From the human T2T-CHM13v2.0 reference genome, Homo sapiens: a stretch of DNA of 64,000 nt. Position 1 is the stretch's first letter, and each line of letters opens with the position of its first letter. A program made the translations under genes and the position numbers. The stretch lies in NCBI RefSeq assembly GCF_009914755.1, contig NC_060940.1; one strand, 5' to 3'. Under the pieces are notes generated by a model, which saw only the letters and a list, made by a program, of their open reading frames with translations, was not told the DNA's origin and did not search any database. Of this stretch, positions 12,444 through 26,699 are shown piece by piece.

Positions 12444-12959
12444 AAGGTCAGCTTTTTCACTCCAGCACACCAGGATTTTCATCCCAGCTCTCCAATCCCC
12501 CAGCTGTGTGGGCCTGGTCAACCTGTTTAGCCTGTCAAGACTTCAGTCCCTTCAACTGATAGATGGGAGAAATTAATAGCACCTGCCTGAGAAGGCCAGC
12601 TTTTTGGGGGACCCAGGAGTTACGAATGCCCAGCACTTCTCAGGTGATAGCTGCTGCTTATCTCCTTGTACAGAGAGAACTGGAACATTCTGAAGATGAA
12701 ATGGGATAATAATGTCCATGAAAAGACCTGGCTTCACGCTTGCCTCCTGCTAGTTCCTTTTCTACTCTATTTCAGCTTCCTGTTTGTAACATGATTTAAG
12801 CACTAAGCTATTGAATTTTGGAGTGCATTAAAAAAAATATCGAGTGGAAAAAGGAATATTTCTTAGGGAGGAAAAACCCTACTTTTGACTTTATAATATT
12901 AAGTTCGTTCATATCTCTCTTAGATTCTTATATAAATTTTATTGACCTAATGTTCTGTA

Positions 12960-13275
12960 CAGTAGTCCTTATTTACAGTTTTGGTTTCCAAGGTTTCAGT
13001 TATACATTGTCAACTGTGGTACAAATATATTACTTACAATACGATATTTTGAGAGAGAGAGACCACATTTATGTAACTTTTATTACAATTTATTGTTATA
13101 ATTGTTCTATTATTGTTGCTCATCTCTTACTGTGCCTAATTTATAAGTATACTTTATTGTAGGTATGTATGTATAGGAAGAAATGAAATATATGTAGGGT
13201 TTGGAACCATCTGAGGCTTTAGGCATCTACTGGGGGACTTGGAGTATATCCCCTGTGCAGAAGCGGAGGCTACTG
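12960..13275. mobile_element. MER44A (Tigger-derived MITE)
   Basis: Termini CAGTAG...CTACTG flanked by TA on both sides; internal GATATTTTGAGAGAGAGAGACCACATT and CTCTTACTGTGCCTAATTTATAA. Confidence 0.9.
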
Positions 13276-13603
13276 TATATACATTTGCCTGTAAGTGAGC
13301 GCGTTCTTGGATTTTGTTGAATGGTGCCACTGATTATGGGTCAGAGCTTGTTGAAAGGGTATTAATCCATTATTTACTAAAACTAATTAAATTTTCATGT
13401 CATTTCTTTACTTATTGTTTTTATTCTCTATCAGTGTAATTTATTACAGCAACCAATTAAAGAACAATTTTATGGTTCTATCAGTGATGCCAAAAAAGCA
13501 TTTGCTCAAATTCAGAAGTCGTGATAAAGCCAACCAACCAACGAAACAGCAATACTTGTAACTAAAATTGGGAGAAAGGAAAACACTTTCAGTAGAGTCA
13601 AGG

Positions 13604-13746
13604 ATTTTTTTGTTAATTATTTTTATTTTTAGAGATGGTCTCACTATGTTGCCCAGGCTGGTCTCGATCTCCTAGGCTCAAGCAGTCCTCCCATCTCAAC
13701 CTCCCAAAGTGTTGAGATTACAGTTATGAGCCACCGCATCCAGCCC
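13604..13746 (-). mobile_element. FLAM_C / free left Alu monomer
   Basis: Single left arm with T-rich tail, no right arm. Confidence 0.85.
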
Positions 13747-13749
13747 ACA

Positions 13750-14190
13750 AGTATTATTCCAAACTGTAAAATCGTGAAATGTTTTGCATTAGAATCAGAA
13801 ACTAGACAAGAATATTCATGATAGCTGTCAATTGTCACATTATTTTAGAAGTTTTAACAAATACAGTAAGACAAAAAAAGTCTTAAGTAATGGGATGAAA
13901 CCAAAATGTTCTTTGTTTTAAACTTCTGTAATTATAATCCTAGAGAAGCTAAAATATTCAGTAAAAATTACTAGCAATGAAATAATTTGAAGAGTTGGCT
14001 AGATGTAAGGTAAATATACACAAATTAGCTGGTATATACTAGTTATAATTTAAGATGGAGATAGAAAAAAACCCCATTCAAAATATTAACACAACTATCA
14101 GATATTTAAGAATAAATGTATAAGAGTGATCAAATACCTGTATTAAAATTATATAATTTATTGAAAGGAATTTTTTGAAAGTCACCCATA
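13750..14190 (+). mobile_element. Old L1 ORF2-region fragment
   Basis: A-rich; AGAATCAGAAACTAGACAAGAAT, GGCTAGATGTAAGGTAAATATACACAAATTAG and AAAACCCCATTCAAAATA resemble decayed L1 ORF2. Confidence 0.6.
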
Positions 14191-14695
14191 AAATGATATA
14201 ATTTTACCATAAAATATCAGCTAAAAAGGGGGCAGTCAGCAAAAGCTCAGCTGTGAATTAAGATTATTTTCTAACCCTTAGTTCTTTGATAACATAAATA
14301 CCGGTAGAACTTGGAATATTTCAAGTAAAGTAACATGCTGTGTTTTATCTGTATTCCTGGTAACTTGCATTTTTCAAGGAAGGAAGTGTATGATATGAAG
14401 TAGGCTTATAATTTAGTCAGATGAGCTCTTGGATTATGTTACCTTGAATATAATGCAGAGGAGAAAACAAAAAGAGTCTTTTGCATTTTTATTTCTTATC
14501 AATAGGTCCCTTTTTCTTGGAATGTCAGCCTGACCCTGAAGGTATTCTCCTACCAGCAGAGCCTTCTTTGATGCCCCGTCTTCAACCTGCCATGTTTTCC
14601 CATCTGTGAGGCTTCTATTTTAGAGACTTTTCCTCCAGAACTGGCTTATATCATCCTGTGTTGCTGCATCCGATCACAGGTCTGTGGCTGACCTG

Positions 14696-14885
14696 GGCAG
14701 CGTAGTAGAAGGGTCTTGAGATTTGGAGTCGTAACGAGTTTTCAAAACTCATAACTATATTACAGTTTGCGCAAGTCATTTAACCTATCTGAACCTTCAT
14801 TTCCTCTCCCACACAGGATAAAATAAGGATAATAACAGCCATTTTAGAGTTCGTATTAATATTTAAGTGGGAGAATGCAGCCAGT
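14696..14885 (+). mobile_element. MIR
   Basis: GCAAGTCATTTAACCTATCTGAACCTTCATTTCCTC matches the MIR core. Confidence 0.7.
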
Positions 14886-14899
14886 ACCCTGAGAATTAA

Positions 14900-15060
14900 G
14901 GTTCATTCACTCAGCAAGTGCTTACTAAGCATCTGGTTTATATTATGGGAAGTTTTGAGAATTAGGTGGTCAGAAAGGTGTGGTCCTCGCCTTCAAGGAG
15001 CTTACATTCTAGGAAGCGAAGACTACTGAACAAGAGATTTTAGTGCTAGGATTGGAGACC
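14900..15060 (-). mobile_element. L2 3' fragment
   Basis: TTCATTCACTCAGCAAGTGCTTACTAAGCATC...GCCTTCAAGGAGCTTACATTCTAG. Confidence 0.7.
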
Positions 15061-15160
15061 CCAGCAGAAGTAGCAAATACTGTGTGAGGTTTAAGGAGGT
15101 TGGAGGCACCTTCGCTTGTACTTCTACATGTGTCCCTTCATGTCTAGTTCACTGATTTTT

Positions 15161-17693
15161 TAATTGAAATTTTAATTGAAGACTCACATGTAGTTGTAAG
15201 AAATAATATACAATGATTCCTCATATTCTTAGCTCAGTTTCCCCCAGTGATAGCTTTTGCAAAACAATTCTGCAATATCACAGTGTTGACACTTACAGAA
15301 TCTATGGATCTTATTCAGATTTCTCATTTTACCTGTACTCAAGTGTGTATATGTGTGTCTGTGTCTACATATGTAGTTTTATACAGTGTCATCAAATGTG
15401 TAGCTTCCTTTATACACAACTACATCAAGACAGTGAACAGTGCATCACCACAAAATTCCGTTGCGTTGCCTTGCAAACCACACCCACCTTCCTTCTGCCC
15501 CTGCCTCATCCCTGACCCCTGGCAACCACTAAACTGTTCTCCACTTTTAAAATGTTGTTTTTTCAAAATTATTATATAAGCAGAATAGCATAGTATGTAA
15601 TCTTTTGGGGACTGACTTTTTTCACTCGGTACAATTCCGTGGAGATTCTTCCCAGTTGTTGCACGTGTCGGTAGCTTGTTTAATTTCATTGCTCAGTAGT
15701 ATTCCATGGTATTGTACATATAAGTGATCGTATGTTTAATCACTCTCCCGCTGAAGGAAATCTAGTCTTGGCTATTGAAAGTAATGCTATTATAAACATT
15801 TGTACACAAGTGTTTGTGTAAATAGAAGTTTTCTTTTCTCTGGGATAAATGCCCATGAATGCAATTGGTGGGTTGTAGGGTAATGACATGATTAGTTTGT
15901 ATAAGAAACTGTCAAGCTGTTTCCATGCTATTTTACATTTCCACCAGCATTTGGTGATCTAGTTTCACTATATCTTCACCAGCATTTGGTGGTGTTGCAG
16001 TTTTTTATTTTAGCCATTCTGGTAAACATGTAGTGATATTTCACTGTGGTTTTAATTAAATTGCCCTGATAGCTAATAATTTTAAACATATTTTCATTTG
16101 TTTGTCATCTATATATCCTCTTCGGTGAAATGTCTATTAATGTTTTTTTCTCATTTTCTATTTGAATTGTTGTATTATTGTTGCATTTTGAAAATTCTTT
16201 ATATATTCTAGTTATTGGTTCTTTGTTGGATATGTGGTTTGCAAATATCTTCTCTCAATCTACAGCTTGTCTTTTCATCATCTTTACATGGACATTTGCA
16301 AAATAAAAGTATTTAGTTTTAATGAGGTCCAATTTATCAATTTTTCCTTTCATCAACTGAGCTTTTGTTGCCAAATCTAATAATTCTTTGGGTAACCATA
16401 TATCCCAAATAATTTCTAATATTTTTTTCCTAAAAGTCATATATTTTTGCATTTTGCATGTATGCCCATGATAAATTTTGAGTTAATTTTTGTATAAGAT
16501 GTGAGGTTAAGGTCAAGTCTAATAAATTTTGCCTAGGAACATCTCATTGTTTTAGCACCATTTGCTGAAAATGATCTTCCTCCAGAGAATTTTTTTACCT
16601 TTATTCAAAATGAATTGAGCATGTTTGTGTAGGTATCTTTCTGGCTTCTTTATTCCACTGATCTATGTGTCTGTCTCTCTGACAATTATACGCTGTCTTC
16701 ATTACTATAGCTATGTAGTAAGCCTCATGCCAGGTAGAGTGATTCTTCTCACTGTATTCTTTTTTATTAAGATTATTTTAGCTTCCTAAGACCTGTGCTT
16801 TTTCATATAAATTGTACAATATGGTTGTCTATGTCTACCAGAAGCCTTGCTGCAGTTTTAATGGGGTTTAAATCTATAGGTCTAACATTAAACCTATAGA
16901 TCAATTCGGGAGAATTGACATCTTTACTGTGTTGAGTCTTCCAGTTTGTGGACATGGTATGTAATTCTATTTATTTAGTATAAACCCACTGGAGTGTGTA
17001 CCTAAGCATTTCATTTTCTTTGGAGCGATTGTAAATGGTGGCATTGTGTTTTTAATTCCAACTTCCACATATATCTAGAAATATGATTGAGTTTTGTGTG
17101 TTGATCTTGATCCTATGACCTTGCTGATTGCATTTATTATAAAGTTCCAGGAGTTTTTTTATTTTTGTTTGTATTTGTTAGTTTTTTTGAGATTTCTTGG
17201 GATTTTCTATCTAGCCTGTCATGTCATATGCAAATAGAGAATTTTATTTCTTCTTTTGTAATATGTGTGCCCTTTTTTTATTGCCTTATTGTAGTGGCTA
17301 GAACTTCCTGTGCTATGTTGAACAAGAGTAGTGAGAACATCCTTGCCTTGCTCCTGATCTTAGGGAGGGGGAAGTTATTTACCATTTCACCACTAAATTT
17401 GATGCTAGCTGTAAATTTTTTGTAGATGTTCTTTATCAAGTTGAAGTGATTCTTCTCAATTCCTAAATTACTAAGAAACTTTTGAAAATGATAATGGGTG
17501 TGTACTTTTTATCAACTGCTTTTTGTATGCCAATCTATATGATCATAAGATTTTCCTTTAGCTTTTTGGTATGGTGGACTATATTGATTTTAAATATTGA
17601 ACCAGCCTTGAAGACCTGGAATAAATCCCACTTGCTCATGGCATATATGTTTTTTTATACATTGTTGGATACAGTTTGCTAACATTTTGTGGA
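15161..17693 (-). mobile_element. 5'-truncated L1 (L1MC/L1MD group), about 2.5 kb
   Basis: 3'UTR motif CCCCTGGCAACCACTAAACTGTTCTCC; minus-strand ORF 16255-16452 (LDLATKAQLMKGKIDKLDLIKTK...KMMKRQAVD) resembles the L1 ORF2p C-terminal region; degenerate TSD. Confidence 0.9.
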
Positions 17694-18699
17694 TAGCTCA
17701 CCGACTTTTATTCAGAAAACATCCGTCTCAGTTTAGTGCCCAACAAGGAAAGCATACTATTTGTTGGGTGGGTTCCATTTTTGTGGTTAGGAGAAGAATA
17801 TAGCTCCCTTCCTAGGGACGGTCTCAAATGAGTCCCCATCAGCCACCAGGGAGCTCAGCTTTAGTTGCATAAGAACCAATGAGCATTTAGTTTCATGTCT
17901 CATAAATAATCTGCCTGCTTATATTTTCATCTGTACTTCTCTCAGCTGGCATTCTGCCACAGACTACATTTAGGACCGCAGCCAGTGGGTTACAGCAGGA
18001 GACCAGACTCCAAGTTCTGGCCTCACGTTGCTTGGTATACATCACTCAGTTCTGTTGGCATGGATGCTCCTCCTATACCCCATCAGCCATCTTGCAGAAT
18101 GGGTTTGGTGGATCACACAGGGATTCAGATAAGAGGGTTCAGATCCTTCTATCCATCAACCCACCCATCCACATCACTGAAAAAGGGACTCTCAGATGCC
18201 GATGACCAGTAAGACCACATCTGTGGGCACAAAAGAGCCCATTTATGTTTTTTATGGGAACCTAAGAAGGAAATGCTTTTCTGGTCAAATACGTTCTTCT
18301 CTGATTAGGCCTCTCATTTTAAGGCAGTTGAGAAGACTCACAGATGTGATTCACTGGCAATGGCTCTGGTTCACCAAGCTTAGCTCTGCTCAGTCTACCT
18401 TTAGCAGAAGATTAAAAATGAAAACTCTTCTTGTTAGAGGTAGAAGAGATCCTTTCCCAAACCATAGATTCATGGAACTGTCAACGAGCAGCACTGAACT
18501 TTGTACTCAATGCCTTAATTTTTCCAGTTGAGGATAATTCACACTAAACATGGGATTTCACCTCTCTGACTCATGCATCAGGAACTTGGAGATAAAGCCC
18601 TGTTAATAATTCATAATTATATAGCATAGCATAGGGCAGTTTCAGATGCTTCAACTACCAGGTAGGTAGAATAAAGGAATGAAGTTGCTGTGTATAGGA

Positions 18700-19175
18700 T
18701 GATAAATGGTGCTAAATCTATGTCCCCAATATAGGGAAGACAGGAGAAAGTGCCAAAGATAGTGTGCATGCCTCATCTCTAAGGGGCAGCCATTATTGAC
18801 GTCCAGCTGAGTGTTGCCACGTGGAAATTAGCTATAAACTTGCCAGAACCTCCAATTTTTCTGGAGAGATTAGATTAGAAATTCATATATTTTTAAATAT
18901 TAAATCATCCCTTTTTCTTGAGATGGTGTCACGTCGTTGCCCAGGCCACCGTTTATGTTGTCCAGGCCACCCTGGAACTCCTGGACTCAAGTGACTTTAC
19001 CCCTTTGGCCTCCTGGGTAGCCGGGACTACAGGCGTGTGTCACTGCATCCAGCTTAAGTTATCCGATTTGTAAATGGTGGCAATGAAATCATTGCGTAGG
19101 CCAGTTGGAGTGAGCCAAATAAAATACATCTGCAGTCCAGATTCAACCTGCAGGCCATCATTCTGCTGTCATTGG
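18700..19175. mobile_element. MER102-like hAT element, interrupted by a FLAM
   Basis: AAGGGGCAGCC...TCCAGCTGAGTGTTGCCACGTGGAA...TTGCCAGA, resuming after 19035 with GCCAAATAAAATACATCTGCAG. Confidence 0.65.
18911..19033 (-). mobile_element. FLAM_A-like Alu monomer
   Basis: Single monomer with GGGTAGCCGGGACTACAGGCG; internal duplication of GTTGYCCAGGCCACC. Confidence 0.75.
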
Positions 19176-20639
19176 TGTAGAAGACTTTTTCAGCCTAGTT
19201 TATTCTAGGCTCTTTTCATTTCTCCCTGATTTGAGGCTTTGTAGGACGTTGCACAGGAATTATTTCCCTTTTAAACGTTAGTTTTCATTTTACCAGTGCA
19301 ACTCTGCTATTGGCACATCTATGAAATACGTAAAGCTATCATTTTAATACCAAAGAGGAAACACAAATTTGACTCATTTCCCCCAGAAAATTCCCCTCCT
19401 GCTTTCCATATGTTATATAGTTAACTGTAAAAGTGGCACCACCTCTTAAACAGCCAGCTATTCTGATCATTTGAAATCTGGAACATTCTTTCCTACGGTG
19501 GTTGACTTTTCACTGCCTTTGAGGTTCTTTCCAAGTAAAGGCGTTATCCTTTGTGGTGTGCTCCCGGAGGTCACTAACAAAACGTCTCCAGCAGGTGTTG
19601 TGTGGATTCCCCCAAATCTGTAGGCTCTTATTTCCTAGACATGAAGAGTATGTGCGCCTTCTTTTTGGTTACCCTGGACCAGACATTCCTCAGCACTGGC
19701 TTGCATTGGCAGGAGGTGGCAGAGGGAGAGGACAGTAACCAATATCGCTCCTTCTACATGATCAGTGTTCAGGTTGAAGACAAACAGGGCTCCAATTATG
19801 TTGTGATTTAGAAGGTGACAAAGCTGAGACCTCACCCTCTGCTTATGGGCTGCATGCCTTTCTCAGTGAAATAACGCAGAATGCAGAGGCCATGCCTGCA
19901 GATCAGGGGTGCTAGAGGATAGGCAAGAAGTAAAGTGGCCACCCTATCTCGTGTTGAGAGCATGCTAGTCTCCGAACGGCCTGCCAGGGTGCCTGACAGC
20001 CAGAGCCACCTAATGGGCCTATTTGATCCTGGAGTTGCTGTAATGGCAAGAAAAACCATGGCCTCCAGCCCCAGTGTTGAAGTTTTGACGCTAATGTGAT
20101 GATAATTCTCTTTTCTTTGAGTGGGGACTTGCCTTTGTTTATCTTTTTTTGTTGTTTTAGCCATGAAATATCACATGTAAATAGCCGAGGATATCTGGGC
20201 TCTGAGTCTTTAAAAGGCAACAGAAAGGTCTCTGTTACGAAGGGGGAACTAGTTTTCATTGTCACTGTATTAAGCAGAAGTTGGGAATCATAGAAGACCT
20301 TGATGTTACCATATTCCTTGTTAAATTTCCTCTAATACTATTGAGAAGTTTATCCTCTACTTTTTCCTGTAGAGTAAAAGATATCGATTTTGTTTCTGTC
20401 GGCACTGCCTTGGAACTTGCTTGCATCCCTCCCCCACGCGAGGCGAGGCCCTGAGGAGCGGGATTCGCTGACCCATGCTGGCAGAACGGGTGATGGATGA
20501 GGCAGAGAAGGGTACAGGCTGGCTGGACCATGCGATGGGGAATGCAGGCGGAACAGGCTTCCTCCTGAATCAGGAGTGGAAGAGGAGTCTGGGGTGAAGC
20601 CAAGGGGAAGACAGTTAAGCTTTAAAAAACCAACTGCCC

Positions 20640-20988
<349 letters not shown>

Positions 20989-21394
20989 TTAGTGTGGGCA
21001 GAGCTCAGGGAATTATTCTGCAGTGCAGCTAACATCTAGCACCTTCTTTGTGTCAGGTGGGCCAGCACTGGGGTGGAGGCCGAGACAGCTTGTGAGCTCA
21101 CTCCCTGGGAGATAGAACGGAGTACCCAGTTGCACTGAGGGAAGAGCAGGGATAGAAGTGGGCTCCGGGTCTAGGAGACGGTGGAAAGAGAGGACTGCTC
21201 CTAGCGTGAGAGTGTCAGGGAAGCTTGCTGGGGGAAACACAAGGAAGGAAGAGAATGCAGGCAGCTCAAAAGAGCCCGGCAAGGAGACCTGCAGAGCGAG
21301 CGGAGGCCTGGTTTCTGTGAAGCACAGGGCAGGAAAATCCAAACTCACTTGAGTACACGCTCAGGGTCATGGGCTTGCTATATTTTTCATTCAA

Positions 21395-21520
21395 CCGCCA
21401 AGAAATCTTGAGAGGCAGCTTTATCATCTCCATGTGAGGAGGAGGAGATTCAGGCCCAGCGTAGTGGCTTGCGAAAAGATTCCAGCACTAAAGTTTGACC
21501 CCAGTCCTACCTGACTTCCT
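21395..21520 (-). mobile_element. MIR fragment
   Basis: TTATCATCTCCATGTGAGGAGGAGGAGATTCAGGCCCAG...TTTGACCCCAGTCCTACCTGACT. Confidence 0.55.
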
Positions 21521-23309
21521 TTCTCCAGCTGTGAGACTCCCCTGTACAATTTTTCTGGAGGGTCTAGAGTCACATGAGTCACGCCAAGCCGCCCTTTCAG
21601 TGCGAAGGAATCCAAGCAGAGCCCTCCTCTGCTGTGGGTACTTACTTAGGGAACTGTGGAGGTGTCCTCAGGTAGCCACTGGTGTGTGGGGTCATACCAA
21701 GTCATTTGGTTTACATCGGGAATGCCTTTTGTCGTTATGTCTAGACCCCTGGAGAACAGCCCACGGCAATGCACTTGTGGAAATTCGGACTGTGGATTAC
21801 ACTGAGTAACAATCCTAATAATACCTGCACACAATCAGTTGCCTGTCCAAAAAGCAATAAAGAACCTCTAGATTTTGTGGTCACCATATTAATCATAAAT
21901 TGGGGATCATAGAAGGCCTTAATCTCATTGTACATACTTTTCTATTCCTCCCAGTACCATTTAAAGGTTAGTGAAAGCAACCTTTAGTATCATCTGTTTT
22001 TTGGGGGGGGTTTTTTGTTGTTGTTGTTTAGCTGTTTATGGGTAGGAGAATGCGTGCTCTTTTAGGGACATCTCTTCAAATAAGAACAGGTTGTAACCTA
22101 CACTCAAAAGAGATGCTCTTGGCAAGGTATGGCCCCTAAGGTTTGAAAGCGTTTTCCAGGCCTGCTGTCAGGCCAGGCTGGACTGTCCACAATTTCTTGT
22201 CCTGCCTCCCGTGATGCTAGCCATGGATGCACCCCAGAAGCATTTAGAATTTGGGAGAAAAAGGAGCAAGGCATACTGCCCAAATCCAAAACAACTTTGG
22301 CTCCCTTTGGCCTCCATTCTAACATGCTGAGTGGATGCATCATGGATAGTCTTTTAAAAACAAGTTCTCATCTATTCAATGTCAGAGCCCTAAATGGTAT
22401 GAAAAATAGGCAACTTGGGTCATGCCACTACAGATCGACACCCACTAAATCCTTTTAATTTAGTCTAGTGCAACAAGTATTTGTGTAAGTGTCCTCTGCC
22501 CTGGACACCAGTGAGGTCACCGTGGGAATGGCTGGGCAGGAACAAAGCCTTTTGTTTCCAGCTGAGTTTCCTTTTCTGAAGATTGCCTGTCCTAGACACC
22601 AGTTCTCTGTTCTCTGTGACTCTGATTCCTGTCTCCTCTTCTTTCACTCTCATCCATTTTCAATACTGGCCCCTCATTTCACTTCCTCAGCTAAATCTAC
22701 CTCTCAAAGATAGACATGGACATATAAATAATTTTTTAAAATCCTCTTTTGCAAAAAAAAAAAAAAAAAGAGGTGAATTTAGTTGAAAGGATATAGCCAC
22801 TCTTTTCTGAAGTGATGGGGATATTCGATGGCAATTTTGTGTTTTCTTCACTTGGAAAAACTAAAAAGTTTGCAACATTTAAAAAAAATACAACCCTTAT
22901 GCTGATGGATGTACACTGTAAAACAACCACGTTTGGTAAACTGTTAATCACTTTCATAGTGTATGTGGATGGAGCCAGTTAAACCAGTTTTCATGTCTTT
23001 TGGGTCCTTTTGAGTCTGAAGATAACCATTTTTTAGGTCCTCATGAACCTCTGAGCATGAACCATGAAATTCCTATTACACCTGTGCTTTTATAAACTTG
23101 ATCCAAGGTTTAGGCTCTCAGTGCCTGTTTCCTGTTTAATACATATCATGGTTTTGGAAAAAATGAAAGAAAGAAAGAAGAGGAAGAGCTGTCATTCCTC
23201 TGACAAGTATTTTCAGTGGAATTAGGGTCATGATGTCATGCTTATTTCAAAAGATAGCTTCATCTGTGCCTTCACCCAGACTTAGGGTTCTAGATTCTTC
23301 TAGATTCTA

Positions 23310-23852
<543 letters not shown>

Positions 23853-23856
23853 TCTC

Positions 23857-24020
23857 CAGCAGGGCTTTTACTCAATGATACAGTGCGCATGAATTGCTTG
23901 GGGGATTGTGTACAAAGTGCAGATTTGGTTATAGGAGGTCAGGGAGGGGCCTCAATTCTACATTCCTAAGAAGCTCCTAACAGGCTGATAATCCATGGAT
24001 CGCATTTTGAATAGAAAGGA
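23857..24020. mobile_element. MER5A/B hAT MITE
   Basis: AAAGTGCAGATTTGG...GGAGGTCAGGGAGGGGCCTCAATTCTACATTCCTAAGAAGCTCC...ATTTTGAATAG. Confidence 0.65.
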
Positions 24021-24273
24021 TTATGCAAAAAGCCAGAGTTTTTTTTTCCCTTGTCTTATACCAGTGGTGCCTAGCATGGTGTCAGGTTTATAGAGGACTA
24101 ATACATATAAGAAGGAGAAAGGGAGGGAGGAGGAATTCCAGTTGTTTTTTTTTTAATCTAGGTACAAGTCTCTCTGTTGATTTCTAAACATCGAATGAAG
24201 ATGAAGGAAATACTTAAAGCACCTAAGCACTCATAACTCACTTAGTCATTTCACTATTAAAAGAGAAAAATAG

Positions 24274-24709
<436 letters not shown>

Positions 24710-25499
24710 ACAATTGCAGTTTTTAAAGGCAGAAAATATTACACAGGTGGGTTCAAATTTGCCACACCAAGTAGAAGGTGTTGGAAGGAAAATTAGGAAT
24801 TCTTAAGCTTCAGAAGATTAGTAGTCAGAGTTAAAAACCAGACAATTAACAAGTTAAAAAAAAATTGTGAAGCACACACAGCTGTTATCTTCCAGAAACA
24901 CTGCTTACAGAGGTAATTGCTCACAGATTTTAGGGTTTACAGCAGGTATCACAGGATTTCAAATTTAAGAGGGGGGTGGGGGCCTGTGTTCAAAGTCTTA
25001 AGAATATCCAAGGGATGTATGATGTATGCATAATTACCTGAAATTGAAACTACTGTAGTTTAAACACTTGCTGAAAGAAGACCTTTTATTTCATCTTCTC
25101 TACAGGCTGAAGGAAAGAAAAAACAAAACTAACAACTAACAGAAAAACTTTTCATGTCGAATATGTAGATTTACAATATGTGAATTATCATCAGAAGAAT
25201 GAGGTTCTTTGATGATTGTTGCAGATACCCTGAAGAACTGGCCCTTGTTGTAGAAGAATGGCACAGGGCACATGGTAAAATGGCCCTGGCCATTCCTTTA
25301 GACATTTTGTTTGTACTTATATTAACTTGAGAGAAAGTATTAGGAAAAACAGAGTAATTCTGTAGAAATATTCCTGATGATACACTAGGCAAAGCAGGGA
25401 GAAGAGAAAAAGTGAGCAAGAAATTGTGACTATGAATTCCAAACCAGTTTGGCTGGATGAGCCAAAAAGACAAAACAAGAGCATTCAAGAGTCTGTCAG

Positions 25500-25795
25500 G
25501 AAGTGGTGGCCTTTAGTTCATTTTAGTAGCAAGAAAACTGATCTTTTTCTGATTTTAAGAACTATACCATCTCTATTCTGGGCTTCACTCTTAGCTCTCA
25601 CAGTTAGAAAACAGTGAGCCTTGGTCAAGTCTCATAAACTGTGTCTCAGTTTTTTCATTTATACAATGGCCAAAAAAAAAAAAAAGAAAGAAACCACAAA
25701 ACCATACCTTCTTTGCAGGGTTGTGTAAAGGAAGGTTGAACTAGAATAGGTTGAAGTCAATCACATCTCTAAGGCATTTGGCATGTAGTGGAACC
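25500..25795 (+). mobile_element. MIR
   Basis: CCTTGGTCAAGTCTCATAAACTGTGTCTCAGTTTTTTCATTTATACAATGG...GGCATGTAGTGGAACCTCAGTAA. Confidence 0.6.
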
Positions 25796-25850
25796 TCAGT
25801 AATCAGTAGTTTTTATTATTTGGTGCACGATGAAACTGGCTATCTGGAGA

Positions 25851-26379
25851 TGTTTTAAAATACAGGTTTTATTATTATTTAGGTATGCTAAGACCAGCAG
25901 ATCAGGAGACAATGACCACTGAAAAGACAGTTTGTGAGAGTTGTGATGATTGTGATCTGTGTCCTTTACAGTTTGCAAGGGAAGGGGACATGCTATGTCA
26001 GAGTGGAGGGACATGGGGAGGCACCAGGACTGGTCAAGAGGCAGAGGGAGAGGGTCAAACCGTGGGTTCTGTGGGGAGGACTGAACGAGGCAGGGTAAGT
26101 AGACTAGGGTTTGAGTAAGTTCAGCAGGCTCTGGGGAAGAGGGGCTGTCCCTATTTTTCTGGTACCTGGCCCTGGGTGATTAGAAAGGGTGGATGGTGGC
26201 CTGGGGCATGAGAAATAAAGGAGGTGGTGGGGTGTAAGTTCTGGATTGGTTGGGTTGCATTCAAAAGGGGTGCCCCCAAGTGAGTTGTTTGCTGCCTCTA
26301 GGAATTTATTGACCCTGGGAGGGGAGATCCCAGATGTCAAAGCATGGGAGGACAGAAAAGAAACAGCATGGTTCCCACA
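25851..26379 (-). mobile_element. ERVL solo LTR, MER74/MER73 group
   Basis: TGTTTTAAAATACAGGTTTTATTATTATTTAGGTATG at 25851; CTCTAGGAATT...CCCTGGGAGGGG...CCAGATGTCAAAGCAT near 26300-26345; near TSD GGAGA/AGAGA. Confidence 0.75.
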
Positions 26380-26699
26380 AGAGAGAAGTAGACAGAGACC
26401 TCTGGAAGTTTAAAAATATATATGTTGGGATTTCATAGATGAGGTGAGCAAAAAATTGGCCGGGAAGAACTATTAAGGAGGAGATGATCAGAAACATTTT
26501 CAAAATACCTGGAACAAACAAAGAACCACATTTCAAGAAAAAGACAGAGAAACAAGACTAGCAAATAGAGTTTTCAGGTGGAAAAATCACACGTTGGACA
26601 GGAGACTGAAGGTAAGGGAAACCAAGTCAGGCTTTAACACCATTCTGAATTGCAGCTGCAGGATCACTTGCTTTAGATGGAATCACCCAGCGGATGGCG

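Noticed and set aside
16255-16452. ORF with reverse-transcriptase-element similarity
   Set aside because: It is a decayed L1 ORF2p fragment inside a truncated, stop-ridden L1, not a gene.
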